From Corallochytrium limacisporum Hawaii (lineage: Eukaryota; Protista; Pluriformea): 64,000 nt of DNA. Positions 23,376-34,200 of the stretch are shown here, one piece after another. Every line of letters begins with the position of its first letter. Positions within the stretch are counted from its first letter, which is position 1. The DNA lies in assembly GCA_002811645.1 (NCBI GenBank), contig PDIP01000088.1, forward strand, positions 62,001-126,000, in the 5' to 3' direction. Under the pieces are notes generated by a model. The model made no database searches. It was not told where the DNA came from and saw nothing but the letters and a program-made list of their open reading frames with translations. A program made the position numbers and the translations under genes.

Positions 23376-23521
23376 ACTGTCCCGGACAGGAACGATACCT
23401 CCATGAAACCCATTCAAAAATTTTGCGGTGGAGACAGTATCACGTTAACCTTCTCTCTCTTGAGCTTTCTAAAATGTTTAGTTAACTTTGTTTTTTAATA
23501 TCACAATGGAAGCAGTCACAG

Positions 23522-25867
23522 TCACCCGACCCATCCCAACATGGTCAGCAAACTGTGCATTTCCTGGCGCTGCAAGGCCAATCGTTCGGTGACTTCCCCC
23601 GCGATGTTGTGCCAGCAGGGCAAAGTGCCAATGTGTGTGCTCTCCTCGTCGTCGCTACGGTCACTGTCGCGCTTGGCCCATGCCTGCAAACGCCGCACTT
23701 CGTGCCAGTGGCGCCTGAGCATGCTTTCGAGTCGGTGAGGGTAGTCCTTGCCAAAATTCGTGGCAAGACCGCTGTCTTTGTCGCCGCCATCCCGCGGCGT
23801 GGAGGCCTTCACACGATCCCATTCCGCACCAGAACGGTCGATAACCTGACCAATCATCGTCAAGTGGTCTACTGCCAGGATTCTCCGCTCTGCACTGTCG
23901 TGAGCCATGAGCTGTTTCATAGAAAGGAAATCAAGCAGACGCTCTCGGAGACTCTGGCAAAGCTGTCCAACGCGAGCCCACACCTCTGTGGTGTCCGCCC
24001 GCAGAATGGACGGCGTGAGGGGCAGTGCAAGGGGGTTAACAGGCTGCTCAGGCTCCGCTGAAGGTTCCTCCACTACTTCGATAGCAGCTGTGGTTTTCTC
24101 CTTTGGGCCCGCGTCGTGCTCGAGCGATGTGTTGAGCTGAGCCTTGGAGGCAGTTCGCTTGGTGGACGTCAAAGTCTTTACCACAGTGCTCTGGTTTGTA
24201 CCGGTGTTTACTCGCTCGTCGACCTCCTTGATAGAAGCCAGGGGTGTAGACATGGCCACAATATGCTTGCGTGGGCTCTTGGACTTCTTGTTTTTGGCAG
24301 GGACGACTGTCTCTATTTTGCGCCCCGGAGTTTGAGCCTTGAGCGTCAGTCCCGGGATCCGGCTTTTCGGCATGCGTTTCTTCATTGGCAGGAGGGGAAT
24401 GGTCCCGTCACTGTCACTGTGCATTTCACTGTCGTCCTTTGCCTCGGACTCGGAGGGAACTGAGTCGTTTTCTTTGTCGCTGAGCGTGGATGAGACCAAA
24501 CAGAGGCGCAGAGGGACTAGCATTTGACCGTTGCTAACGTCGCTTGGCTCGGCCTCGTGGTTGGTGGGTTTGCTTTTCGCAACCAGGGGAGTGGCCTGCA
24601 CACCCACGAGCTCAGAAGGCGAGGATGGTACGGCTGCAATATCTGCAGAGGAGCTCATATTCGATGGGGGAGTGCTTCCAGCACTGCTCGCGCTGCTGGT
24701 GCTGTGGTCGGAGCTAGAGGGCACCTTGGCCGAAGCGGGAGTCTGGGGTGAAGTTTCGGTCTTCTTCAATCCCCCAGCACTCTTGACAGCCGCCAGACGT
24801 TGCATGGCGAGTGAAGTAGCACTCCGGCGGCCCGAGGGAGGCAGCGTTTTCACGGAGGCGGGATTGGCGGTCTGTTCCTTCAGGGCGGATCTGGGTCCGG
24901 GTTGTTTTGACTCCGTAGCCTTGGCCTTCTTTGGCACCTTCTTTTCAGACAGCGGGCTGGCAAGGGATCCCCCCTTCAACGCCTCCGTTGCAGCCACCCT
25001 GGCCTTTGCCTTTGTCTTCTTGAGTACGGGAACAGTGTTTTCCTTGTCCTCATGATCAACACCAGAATTGCGACTTTTCTTTGATGAGTCTACTTTCTTA
25101 GCTTTCTGTTTCTTTTGCTTACCCTTTCGTGACAGGGATTGATCTGTGGGCGTGGTGGTAGCCGCCTTCTTGACGGTGGCCATGGAATGCAACGCGGCTG
25201 GAATTTCAGTGATCGTTGCGGACTTGACCACGGGCGTTAAGGGGACAGCTGCGGTCTGCGGTGGCACGTTCTCCACATCCGTCACGACCATGACACTGTT
25301 TTTTTCGACCTGGGGTCTTTTTTCTCCGTTCAGGAGAGCGAGCAACTCCTGGAAGGTTTCTGTCTGTTCCTCACCTCCGTGTTCCTTCATTTCATGCATG
25401 AGTAGATCCTTTGGGGTCTGACCACGACTGTTTTTCAATGTCAGGGAGGCTCCAGAATCCAAGAGAAGCTTGGAAATTTCTACGGAAGCGGTGGCAATGG
25501 CGTCGTGTAGCGGTGTTTCCGACTCGAAACCGACTGCGCTCGCATCAGCGCCGTGGTCCAGCAGGAGCTTCACCATTGCAATATCTCCCTTACCGCAGGC
25601 TTCATGCAAAGGGGTCCAACCCGCATTATCGTTAACATTAATGAGCGCACCTTCCTTGATGAGATCGTTCACACGTTTGTGGTCGCTACGCAGGACGGCA
25701 CGATGAAGAAGAGTCTCTCCACGGCCGTTTCGTGCCTCCAACTTGGACTTACTGCTTCGGGAAGGTGTGGAGCTCCGGGACCGCGGAGAATCTTCAGTCT
25801 GCTCGTCCCGCATGATCTGCAGCATAAGCTGACGCTCCGTACGTGGAGCACAACCCAAAACAACCAT
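23522..25867 (-). CDS. ANKRD11/ANKRD12-like ankyrin-repeat chromatin regulator
   Basis: N-terminal ankyrin block RNGRGETLLHRA..NAGWTPLHEAC..ETPLHDA..NSRGQTP; low-complexity middle; C-terminal LRERL..SAERRILAV..MLRRHWHE..LQA resembling the ANKRD11/12 C-terminal domain. Confidence 0.8.
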   Translation of the reverse strand: MVVLGCAPRTERQLMLQIMRDEQTEDSPRSRSSTPSRSSKSKLEARNGRGETLLHRAVLRSDHKRVNDLIKEGALINVNDNAGWTPLHEACGKGDIAMVKLLLDHGADASAVGFESETPLHDAIATASVEISKLLLDSGASLTLKNSRGQTPKDLLMHEMKEHGGEEQTETFQELLALLNGEKRPQVEKNSVMVVTDVENVPPQTAAVPLTPVVKSATITEIPAALHSMATVKKAATTTPTDQSLSRKGKQKKQKAKKVDSSKKSRNSGVDHEDKENTVPVLKKTKAKARVAATEALKGGSLASPLSEKKVPKKAKATESKQPGPRSALKEQTANPASVKTLPPSGRRSATSLAMQRLAAVKSAGGLKKTETSPQTPASAKVPSSSDHSTSSASSAGSTPPSNMSSSADIAAVPSSPSELVGVQATPLVAKSKPTNHEAEPSDVSNGQMLVPLRLCLVSSTLSDKENDSVPSESEAKDDSEMHSDSDGTIPLLPMKKRMPKSRIPGLTLKAQTPGRKIETVVPAKNKKSKSPRKHIVAMSTPLASIKEVDERVNTGTNQSTVVKTLTSTKRTASKAQLNTSLEHDAGPKEKTTAAIEVVEEPSAEPEQPVNPLALPLTPSILRADTTEVWARVGQLCQSLRERLLDFLSMKQLMAHDSAERRILAVDHLTMIGQVIDRSGAEWDRVKASTPRDGGDKDSGLATNFGKDYPHRLESMLRRHWHEVRRLQAWAKRDSDRSDDEESTHIGTLPCWHNIAGEVTERLALQRQEMHSLLTMLGWVG

Positions 25868-26249
25868 GGTTCGATTCTATGGTGTACTTTGTATGGTCAA
25901 CGAAGGTTACGTTTTAATGTACAGTGCTGAGAAGGCTTGATCAGTAGATCTAAAATACCCAAGACCAACGAAGCATCGCAGAGTCACCAAAAGAAATTGC
26001 CGGTCAAATTATTTTTCGCCTGAGAATTTGGACACACCACGGGGTTCTCCGTTTTCTTCAACACCAACACAACAAAACAAATAAATGTATCAGGTAAAAA
26101 AGGAAACACCATTACGACCACATGAGCACTTGGAAGCAGCGCCAATACCCGGGGAGAACCGGCCTCTCGATACCGGTGAAACCCGCCACCCCTGTTTCCC
26201 CCAACTGGTCCTACGGGGTTCCCCCCCCCGTTTCCAGCTGTCTGTGGTA

Positions 26250-26800
26250 CACTTTCAAAGTTTTCGCGCTCGCGCCGAAACAGAAATTTGACTCCCTTTC
26301 GCGCGTTAAAAAATTACCAGGGCAAAACCAATTTTAAAAGGCCCCAGAACTTTCACTACGTCAGGTCCCCCCCCCCGGGGGACACCAGTGGCTGGCAGTG
26401 CCACCGTGGCGGTCACCCTGGTTCTTAACTTGCCCCGGCACATTCATTATGTAGAGACCACACCCCGTGTATATTGGGTCTCCCGGTCATTGTGCATGGT
26501 GCGCCCGGACGTGGTTGTGTTTGGGGATTCTTGCAAATGCTACGATCTCTCGGGCCAGGTGCACATGCTAAAGATCGGGGTCCTTAGTGACGGGTGTTGG
26601 CATCACATCGGTTGAAACATGAATCCACTGATGATGCTACTGAAGTCGAGTCAAGAAGTGAGACGAGACTCCCCGGGGGGGGGGGGGGCTCTCGGCCAGT
26701 TTCAGCCCTTTTTCTTGCCAGCGGCATTGGGGCCCTCTTGCCTACCATTGTCACGTACACACTGTCGTCTTGCTTCCTTGGGATGCGCTTCCTCAATGCC
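26250..26800 (-). pseudogene. Decayed CNBD channel fragment (S6 to CNBD)
   Basis: TMVG..GSLVSLLDS (S6; ORF 26584-26877), HLAREIVAF 26561-26535, PGDPIY.G.GLYIM..GQV 26486-26427 (same frame), VVKVLGP 26359-26339, SARAR. Confidence 0.5.
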
Positions 26801-26919
26801 CACTCCCAATTCCCCCCTCTTTCCCTTGCAGTCGGTTTGGTACGTGGGAACTGGCCACGGCGAAAGTGAATTACCACCGGTACCCAACTGCGGAGTACGT
26901 GGCGGGGTCACATTTACCA

Positions 26920-27890
26920 CCTGCCCCCGGTGCGCCCGCCCGCCCGACCGCCCGGCCCCCCCCTTCTCAAACACCCCCCACCAAAAAGAAAATGAGAAGC
27001 AAAGAGAGAGAGAGAGAGACGGAGAGAGAGAGGGAGAAGAGAGAGAGAGAGAATCTAAGCCAAGAAGAAAAAAAAAAGTGAAGGAAAAAAATCTCTCTTC
27101 TCTTCCCCCCCCCCTCGGGGGATTTTTCCCGGTACTCTTTCTACGGGCGTCGACCAAAGAGGCAAAGGAGGAAATTTATCTTTTAAAGCGTTTTCAGTTG
27201 CGCACTGTCGTGTAGTAGTAGTAGTAGGTGGCCGGGCCGAAGAAGTAGGGGAGATGGCCGAGGCCGATAGTACCACCACCTGCTTTGGTCCCCCCCCGGC
27301 CCGCCCTCGACCCTTCCTTCTTCTTCTCCTCGCTCCTTCCCACCCCTACTTCGGGGTTAAGCCCCCGTAGCGGAGAGGGAGGAGTAAAGGAGACACAGAG
27401 AGAGAGAGAGAGAGCGAGGGAGAAGGTTTGAGCTTTGGTTTTTGGTTTTGGTTTTTTTTTTCCCTTTGGGTTCGAAAAGGTTTGTTGATCGAGAGCGCTG
27501 CAGTTTCCTTCTTTCCTCGGTAGCAGCAGTAGTAGTGGGACCACTTCTCCTCCTCCCCTCCCTTCCGGGCTCTCTCTACCGGTACGGTTCCCAAGCCCCC
27601 GGCCCCCGGGGGGGGGGGGCGCAGAAAGGAAGAGAGAGCGAGAGAGAGAGCGAGAGCGAGAGAGAGGGAGAGAGAGAAGGAGACTAAGTATGTTACCTCC
27701 CCCCCCCTACCTCCTCCAAAACATATTTTTTTCTTCCTTAAAGCGGAAGGTGGGTCTCTGTCGTCACTCCCTCTCTCTCTCTCTCCCCCCCCCCCCCAAA
27801 ACCCCCGCGGGGCCCAAGGGGGAAAAAAGGGGGGGGGGGGGGGGGGGAAGAGAGAGAGAGAGAGCCGGAGAGAGGGTGGGGCCCCTATGG
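26920..27890. repeat. Low-complexity island: (GA)n/(CT)n, A/C/G homopolymers and (GTA)n between the divergent ANKRD-like and MFS genes
   Basis: (GA)n ~27003-27052, ~27396-27416, ~27630-27680; (CT)n plus C run ~27770-27797; G run ~27829-27847. Confidence 0.85.
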
Positions 27891-28367
27891 TCCAGGTACG
27901 GGAGGAAATTTTTATGGGGAGAGAGATTATCTCTTTTGTTGATCGGAACCGTTTCTTGAAGCAAACGACAAATATGGACGGTTCCGAAGAGGGAGGACAG
28001 AGAGCACACAGGCCACTCCCGCGGGATCTCCGATGGCCAGTGGCCTATGGGCAGTGACCGATTGGAAACGCTTGCCTGCTCTCCTCTTTGCCTTCCGTTT
28101 TGTTTGGGAACAGATGCGTTAAGAGACAATGGACACGGATTTAGGGGGTTTGGTTCTGATGGATTGCTTTTTTGTGTGCTTGGAGTGGTACTTGTGACGC
28201 CGTGCAGTAATGATCAAGGCCCTGACTACCCTACGCCTTCCAATCAATCCGGCAGAAAAGTACGCGCCTTCAGAAAGGAACGCAATGGCATGAGGGAGGA
28301 AAGGATTTCATGAGAACAGTCATAATCTACCTTATCAATATTGATCAGCCCACACGTTTTACACTCA

Positions 28368-30350
28368 ATGAAAGGAAAATTGAACATGCCACCCACACGG
28401 GGCAATCAACAAAGCACGCGGGACAATTCTGCCAGTGACCTCCACCACCAGACCGGCTTCGGCAGCTTCCGGTCCCCCGATGAGGCTATGACCCAATCAA
28501 GCGACAGTATAGGATCACACAGCCGCCGTAGTCGGAAGATCAGCGATAGTGATTGGTCCAATGCTGGACCACAAGCCTTCCTCAACATTGCAGCGGTGAG
28601 AGAAGTCGGAGAAGAGGAAGATCGGCATTCTCAGGAGCGGCGTGAGCGGAGGGAGGCGCGCCGACGGCGGTCGAGCGTCGTGGATCCCAACTCAGGCCGA
28701 GGCGATGGAAACAGCAGTGGTGGAGCAGGCACAGAGGGGCACGACAGCAGTGTGCCGGGTGTAGACATGGGAATAGCCAAAAACGAACACGGCAGGAGCA
28801 GCGTGGACGGTCTCAGTGATAGTAGCAGTGGGGGCGCGTTCCAACTTTCTAGGACTCAGCTGGCCGTGATCTTGACCACCACGTTCATTGACTTTGCCGG
28901 GTTTGGCATGCTTTTGCCCTTACTGGCATACTATTTCACGATGCTCCCGGGATTTGACCATGAGCACAGCGGTTGGTGGATTGGAGTATTATCAGGCGCG
29001 TACAGCGCTGGTCAGTTGGTCGGCAACCTTACCTTCGGCTCCCTATCCGACCGTTACGGCCGTCGCAGCCTTCTCCTTGTCACCCTCTTTCTCAGCGCCT
29101 GCTTCTTCCTGGTCACGGGCTTTGTGTTCAATCTATATCTTCTTGTTGCGGTTCGGTTCATGACTGGTGTCTTTGCCACATCTCAGTCTATCTGCAGTGC
29201 GTACGTTAGCGACTTGACCGTGGGACGCACGCGCGGAAGATACTTGGGCCTCGTAGGAGCCTGTCTGGGTTTGGGGATCATCTGTGGACCGTTCATTGGC
29301 TCAAGTCTTGGCCTGATTTTCGGCGTCCAGCGAGGGTGGCTCTGGACCGCAGTGGTTGCTTCGGGAATTTGCTTTTGCAACTTTTTGTTTGCATTGAAGA
29401 TTCTGCCAGAATCACCGCGATTCCTTACTCCGGAACAGCGAGAGGAAGCTGGGTATGGTGCATGGGTCAGTCCAGAGGAACAGGAGCGATTGATTTTGCG
29501 AAGGAAATTGCTTCGTAAGCAGCAGCAGACCACGGCGGGGCCAAACCATAGCACGGACGTCAACGGGAGCATTGATGCGGACTTGGAAAAGGCCGAGCTG
29601 CTGTCTTCGGAGACGAACGACCCGCGAACAATGAGCATGAGTGAGTACATTCATACTGTCACGCGGGCGTTGATGCAGCGTGATCTGGCCCTTCTGATGG
29701 CGGCACTCTTCTTTGCATCTTTTGTCTTTGTGATCCTGGAGAACTTGGTCGCACTCTACGTGAAGGAGCGCTGGAACTTGCCGCCTGAGTATGCAGGTAT
29801 TCTTTTCGGTGTGTATGGGCTGATTATCGTCTTGACGCGCGCAGGCTGCTATGCTTGGGTGGAACGTAACGTTGGCATCAAATGGACCATCGTCATTAGC
29901 AGCGGTATCAGTTCATTGTGCATATTCGTGTTGCCATTCTACCGCAAGCCGTGGTCGGCCATTCTGAATAGTTACGTCCTCAGTGCAGCGCAGGGATTCC
30001 TGACTCCTTGCCACACTGTGGCCATCACACACTTGTCCAAGAACCAGTACGGTGCGATCATGGGATTCCGTTCGATCTTCAATGAAGGTGCGCGGACCCT
30101 GGCGCCGTTCCTGGGCGGCTTTCTCTACGATTTGCCAATGTCGTTCCCGTCAAAGCACGCACACGCCGGGGCCTGGTTCGGAGCGGCGTTGTTGGGTACC
30201 ATTGCCACTGTTTTATTGATTTGCGTTGACGGGGACGCAGTGGAGTACCATGACGAGGAGGACGAGGAGGACGAGGAGGTTGACGAGCAGTCTGACACGA
30301 TCGTCGTAGAGGAGAATGATGAACGTCAACCATTACTTCAGCAAAAGTAA
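28368..30350 (+). CDS. MFS transporter (DHA1/TetA-like, 12 TM)
   Basis: TFIDFAGFGMLLPLL, motif A GSLSDRYGRR, RFMTG, AYVSD, GIICGPFIG, LPES. Start uncertain (28368, 28386 or 28488). Confidence 0.9.
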   Translation: MKGKLNMPPTRGNQQSTRDNSASDLHHQTGFGSFRSPDEAMTQSSDSIGSHSRRSRKISDSDWSNAGPQAFLNIAAVREVGEEEDRHSQERRERREARRRRSSVVDPNSGRGDGNSSGGAGTEGHDSSVPGVDMGIAKNEHGRSSVDGLSDSSSGGAFQLSRTQLAVILTTTFIDFAGFGMLLPLLAYYFTMLPGFDHEHSGWWIGVLSGAYSAGQLVGNLTFGSLSDRYGRRSLLLVTLFLSACFFLVTGFVFNLYLLVAVRFMTGVFATSQSICSAYVSDLTVGRTRGRYLGLVGACLGLGIICGPFIGSSLGLIFGVQRGWLWTAVVASGICFCNFLFALKILPESPRFLTPEQREEAGYGAWVSPEEQERLILRRKLLRKQQQTTAGPNHSTDVNGSIDADLEKAELLSSETNDPRTMSMSEYIHTVTRALMQRDLALLMAALFFASFVFVILENLVALYVKERWNLPPEYAGILFGVYGLIIVLTRAGCYAWVERNVGIKWTIVISSGISSLCIFVLPFYRKPWSAILNSYVLSAAQGFLTPCHTVAITHLSKNQYGAIMGFRSIFNEGARTLAPFLGGFLYDLPMSFPSKHAHAGAWFGAALLGTIATVLLICVDGDAVEYHDEEDEEDEEVDEQSDTIVVEENDERQPLLQQK

Positions 30351-30572
30351 ATCATTCTAAGGGCACAATCCACATATCACTCAGTAGTCCGTACATTTTT
30401 AAGCATCATTATCATCAAATCATCATCATCACCATCATCACCACGACGTAAAGAATAAGTACACATACAACACTAAGTTCCGCGCTGCGGCCCAAAAAGT
30501 CACTTTTATTGGTAAAGCCGGTGGCAAAACCATCGCCGGTTGTATTCCCCGTTTCGAAGCCTATTCTCCAGT

Positions 30573-33008
30573 TTACATCTTGCTGCTGGTGTAGCTGGAG
30601 TACTTCTCAATCTCTTCGGGTTTCAGACAGCCCACAATGAAGGCATAGTCAATAGCATTTTCCTTAAGGTATTCGTAACGTCCGCTGGCGCCAAAGTGAC
30701 CGGAGCCCATCTTTGTATCGAGGAAGACGTTGCGGAGGGGTGCATCCGGCTGCGACTTCAACATTGCAGCCTGGTGGTGCCTAATCATGGCTGTGTACTT
30801 TGCCGGTTCCCAGTATTGCACGCGCGGATCGTTGAGACCGGCGCGGATCAGCAGCGCCGGATAGATCGTTGTGTCGGTGCGCAGATTATCATAGGGTGAG
30901 TAGGAGAGCATGTAGTCAAAGTACTCCAATGACGTGTTGCAAGGACCCCATTCCTCGTACTCCTGCTCAGTTAGCGGAATGCTCACATCCATCATTGTGT
31001 TGATCACATCCACAAAAGGCACACCCAGAATGGCACCAGTGCTCATCTCTGGCGCGAGGTTCAACACGGCACCCATAAGCAGGCCGCCAGCGCTCCGACC
31101 TTCAATCGTCATACGGTCTGGACGTGTGTAGTTCTGCTCTTGGAGGAACTTTCCAACAGCCACAAAGTCTGTGAATGTGTTGCGCTTGGCCAGAAACTTG
31201 CCGTCCAGGTACCACGTGCGACCATTGTCGCCACCACCGCGGATATGAGCCATGGCAAAGGCAATTCCGCGGTCGAGCAGAGAGATGCGTTGCCGACTGA
31301 AACTAGGCTCCACGGAAATGCCGTAGCTGCCGTATCCGTAGAGATGAAGTGGGCTGCTGCCGTCCTGTTTGAACAGGTCCTTCCGGTAACTTAAGCTGAC
31401 TGGCACCAGGACTTCGCCGTTGTCATTCGTTCCGGACAAGTTATCGCCGTCTCCCTTGGGCACAGGTACAAAGATACGTTCAGTGGCGTAGTTGGCAGGG
31501 TCGAAGTTTGGGTCCGGGATCTCAGCGCGCTTGCGAAGCGTTGCCCCCCGGGACACCAGGTCGTAATCCCAGGTCTCATCCGGGGTCTTCGGGCTCGAGA
31601 ATAGGTATCTCACCGTCGGATCGTCGTAGGAATGAGCGCTGGGAACAAAAGAGAGGTTGTAGACGGCCTCGTTCAAGGCGAGGTCGTAGGCGGCGCCAGT
31701 GTTGAGGGTGGCAGATTCACCGGTGCGATCGATGGGGAGGAAGCGCAGGCTCTTAAGACCCTGGCATCGGCGGTAGAGCACGACAGTGTCTTGCTTTGCC
31801 ACACAGTCCAAAAGATGAGTGGACGGATCATACTCGAGCACCGCTTTCTCGGTTTCTGAGGTCCAAATCGCTGTCTTCAGATCCGCAGGCTTGGACTGGC
31901 TCACTTGCAACAGCTTGAAGTTGTGACACTCGCTCTCATTAGTGAGGACGAGGAAGCCCAAGTCCCGGTGATGAGTCAGTGCGTACAGCACAGAGTCCCG
32001 ACGTCCTCGGAAGAGCTGGCACTGTGATTTGGGATCGTTTGCATCGATGAGCCACAGTTCAGCAGCTGTCGAGGACTCAATCTCAACATAGATGAAATCT
32101 TCGGATGAGGTCTTGCCAAGACCAAGGTTGAACCGACCATTCTCCTCCTCAATGAGCAATTCGTCCGTCTTTGGATCGGCGCCAACAATGTGACGATACG
32201 CACGATAGGGCCGGAGCGCATCGTTGAGGACGTCGTAGTATAAGGTGGCACTATCATTTCCCCACTCTAGCGAAAAATACAGCATGTCCAGGCCCTGATA
32301 CTCTGTATCTCCAGTCTTCAAATCCTTGACATAGAGCTTAAACTTTTCATCACCTGCCGTGTCCAGGGTATAGGCAACCTTAGTGTGATCCGGGCTGATG
32401 CGATAGGATCCGATGACCTGGTACTCGTTCTTGAGTTCATTCAGGTCCAACAACACCTCTTCCTCAGATCCTTCATCGACAGTTTTCCGGCAGTACTTCG
32501 GGTACTGCATGCCCTTAACGGTGCGACGGTAGTAAAGGTAGGGACCCTTACGCTTGGGAACCTCCTCGTCATCCTCCTTGATCCGTCCAAGAAACTCATC
32601 GTAGAGCTTGGCGCGCAAGCCTGCCGTTGGAGTTAGGTACTCGGAAACGGTGTACTTGTTCTCGTCCTCAAGGTAGCCGATCACCTCACTGCTAGTCTTT
32701 TCCCGGAGCCAGTGGTAGGCATCCGGGAAGTCACGCTCGTGATAGGTCCATTTCTTCGCGTCGTCCCTGCGGGCGACAGGAGTGGATGCCACTGACTTCG
32801 CGACAATGTTGGTCATAGCTTCTGGTGGGGACGCACTGAAGCTAGCTCTGCTGCGGGTGCTTATGCTCTGGTACAGGCTGAGTGGCGCTACCGTTGTTGG
32901 TGGTCCTTTTGTGAAGGGTCTGTAGAGATGGGATGGTGGTACTCCAATTCTGCAATGATACAATGACCTTGAATGGCTCCTTAGTGCTGTCGATGGTCCT
33001 CGCAGCAT
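30573..33008 (-). CDS. Oligopeptidase B (prolyl oligopeptidase family S9A)
   Basis: DAYHWLRE, YLEDENKYT, YGYGSYG, HIRGGG, nucleophile GRSAGG, VPFVDV, DPRVQYWEPAK, GSGHFG. First ATG 33008, second ATG 32816. Confidence 0.93.
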   Translation of the reverse strand: MLRGPSTALRSHSRSLYHCRIGVPPSHLYRPFTKGPPTTVAPLSLYQSISTRSRASFSASPPEAMTNIVAKSVASTPVARRDDAKKWTYHERDFPDAYHWLREKTSSEVIGYLEDENKYTVSEYLTPTAGLRAKLYDEFLGRIKEDDEEVPKRKGPYLYYRRTVKGMQYPKYCRKTVDEGSEEEVLLDLNELKNEYQVIGSYRISPDHTKVAYTLDTAGDEKFKLYVKDLKTGDTEYQGLDMLYFSLEWGNDSATLYYDVLNDALRPYRAYRHIVGADPKTDELLIEEENGRFNLGLGKTSSEDFIYVEIESSTAAELWLIDANDPKSQCQLFRGRRDSVLYALTHHRDLGFLVLTNESECHNFKLLQVSQSKPADLKTAIWTSETEKAVLEYDPSTHLLDCVAKQDTVVLYRRCQGLKSLRFLPIDRTGESATLNTGAAYDLALNEAVYNLSFVPSAHSYDDPTVRYLFSSPKTPDETWDYDLVSRGATLRKRAEIPDPNFDPANYATERIFVPVPKGDGDNLSGTNDNGEVLVPVSLSYRKDLFKQDGSSPLHLYGYGSYGISVEPSFSRQRISLLDRGIAFAMAHIRGGGDNGRTWYLDGKFLAKRNTFTDFVAVGKFLQEQNYTRPDRMTIEGRSAGGLLMGAVLNLAPEMSTGAILGVPFVDVINTMMDVSIPLTEQEYEEWGPCNTSLEYFDYMLSYSPYDNLRTDTTIYPALLIRAGLNDPRVQYWEPAKYTAMIRHHQAAMLKSQPDAPLRNVFLDTKMGSGHFGASGRYEYLKENAIDYAFIVGCLKPEEIEKYSSYTSSKM

Positions 33009-33089
33009 TGTTTTTGCATCGGAGCCTTCCAATGCTTTAAATACATTTGCTGACCGGAACACACTGACGAATTTGTGGCGTTTAAACAG

Positions 33090-33429
33090 CTAGCAAAGCA
33101 CGGCCAACATCGAGAGCCACCGTGAAAGAAAAATAAAAGGGAACTACGGAAAATAAACAAAGGCAAAACACACCGAACGTGTTGCAAGCAACAGGCTGCG
33201 TGACCGTCCGGACGAGCACCCCCCTCGCGGTGCGCAAATCGATGGCCTCGGTACCACACAGTGGGAGAGAGTCGAGCTGGCGGGTTTTGCGGGGGCCGAG
33301 AGGGCAAACAATGGGGGCCCTTGGGTTTGTTACTTTGGCGGAGCTTGCCGACTTCGGGGCCCTCCCGGTGGTCGCGGCGAATGCGATCGGGACATAGACA
33401 CGGAGTAGGCGGACAGCAGAGAAGAAAAC

Positions 33430-33477
<48 letters not shown>

Positions 33478-34190
33478 GCTAATGAGAATGATGTACGGCC
33501 CCCCCGGGGGGGGGGTCTCAAGGCTTTTCATGCATTTCTTTTTACTTTTTTTGTGTGTGCCGATGTTTTCTAAAAGATCGATAGAAAAAAGAAAATGATC
33601 GCGGGCGTATTGAAATCGAAGCGCTCCTGTACCGGCCAGAAGAATTTAAAGAGAAACCGAACCGAAACCCCTCCCCCCCCAACACACACAGCGCCCCTGT
33701 GCCGTGGAGAGTTGAAAAAGAACTGGCACGGAACCGTGGGGCGAGGGAACGAGAGAATTCCTCTCTCTCTCTCTCTTTTTCTTTTCTTTTCGTTTCTGGG
33801 TCGGCGGTTGTTGACGATCCTTCGCCCCTCGTTCCGTGGCTGGGCGGGGGGGGGGTGTTTTGCAGTTCCTTGTTACGATCTTTGTGTGGTGTGTGGAGTG
33901 GGCAGCAGGTTTGAATGGTCGGGCGCCACCGCTTTTGGCAAGGGTATTTGACCCTTGTGACAATCTGCACAGGCTTGTGTTGACACACGCCGACTAGCAT
34001 CAGAGAATGCTATGTGACACAAGGATCTGACACACGTGGCCAAAGATCAAGTGGAGCGGCCAATATCTGGAAAAATTGAAGGTTGAGTCAGCCTTAAAGG
34101 AACAATATGATCTGAGGCAATGATCCGAATCAGAAAGTAAGGCAGAGGCAGAACGACCCGCAAGGCAAGCATTAGAAGCATATAGGTACT
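33090..34190 (-). pseudogene. Decayed CNBD channel unit (pore to CNBD) overlain by a (GA)n island
   Basis: YLYA 34188-34177 (pore helix), *FGSLP 34132-34115 (TGA where the G of GFG is expected), MLVGV (S6; 34000), RLSPTVWYRGHRFAHREG (CNBD; ORF 32981-33307). Confidence 0.45.
33431..33515. repeat. (GA)n microsatellite followed by a C7-G10 inverted run
   Basis: Seen directly. Confidence 0.9.
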
Positions 34191-34200
34191 ATACAGAACC

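Noticed and set aside
28050-28313. Plus-strand GFG/S6/C-linker-like fragment before the MFS gene
   Set aside because: Too short, with a conflicting minus-strand match; not called.
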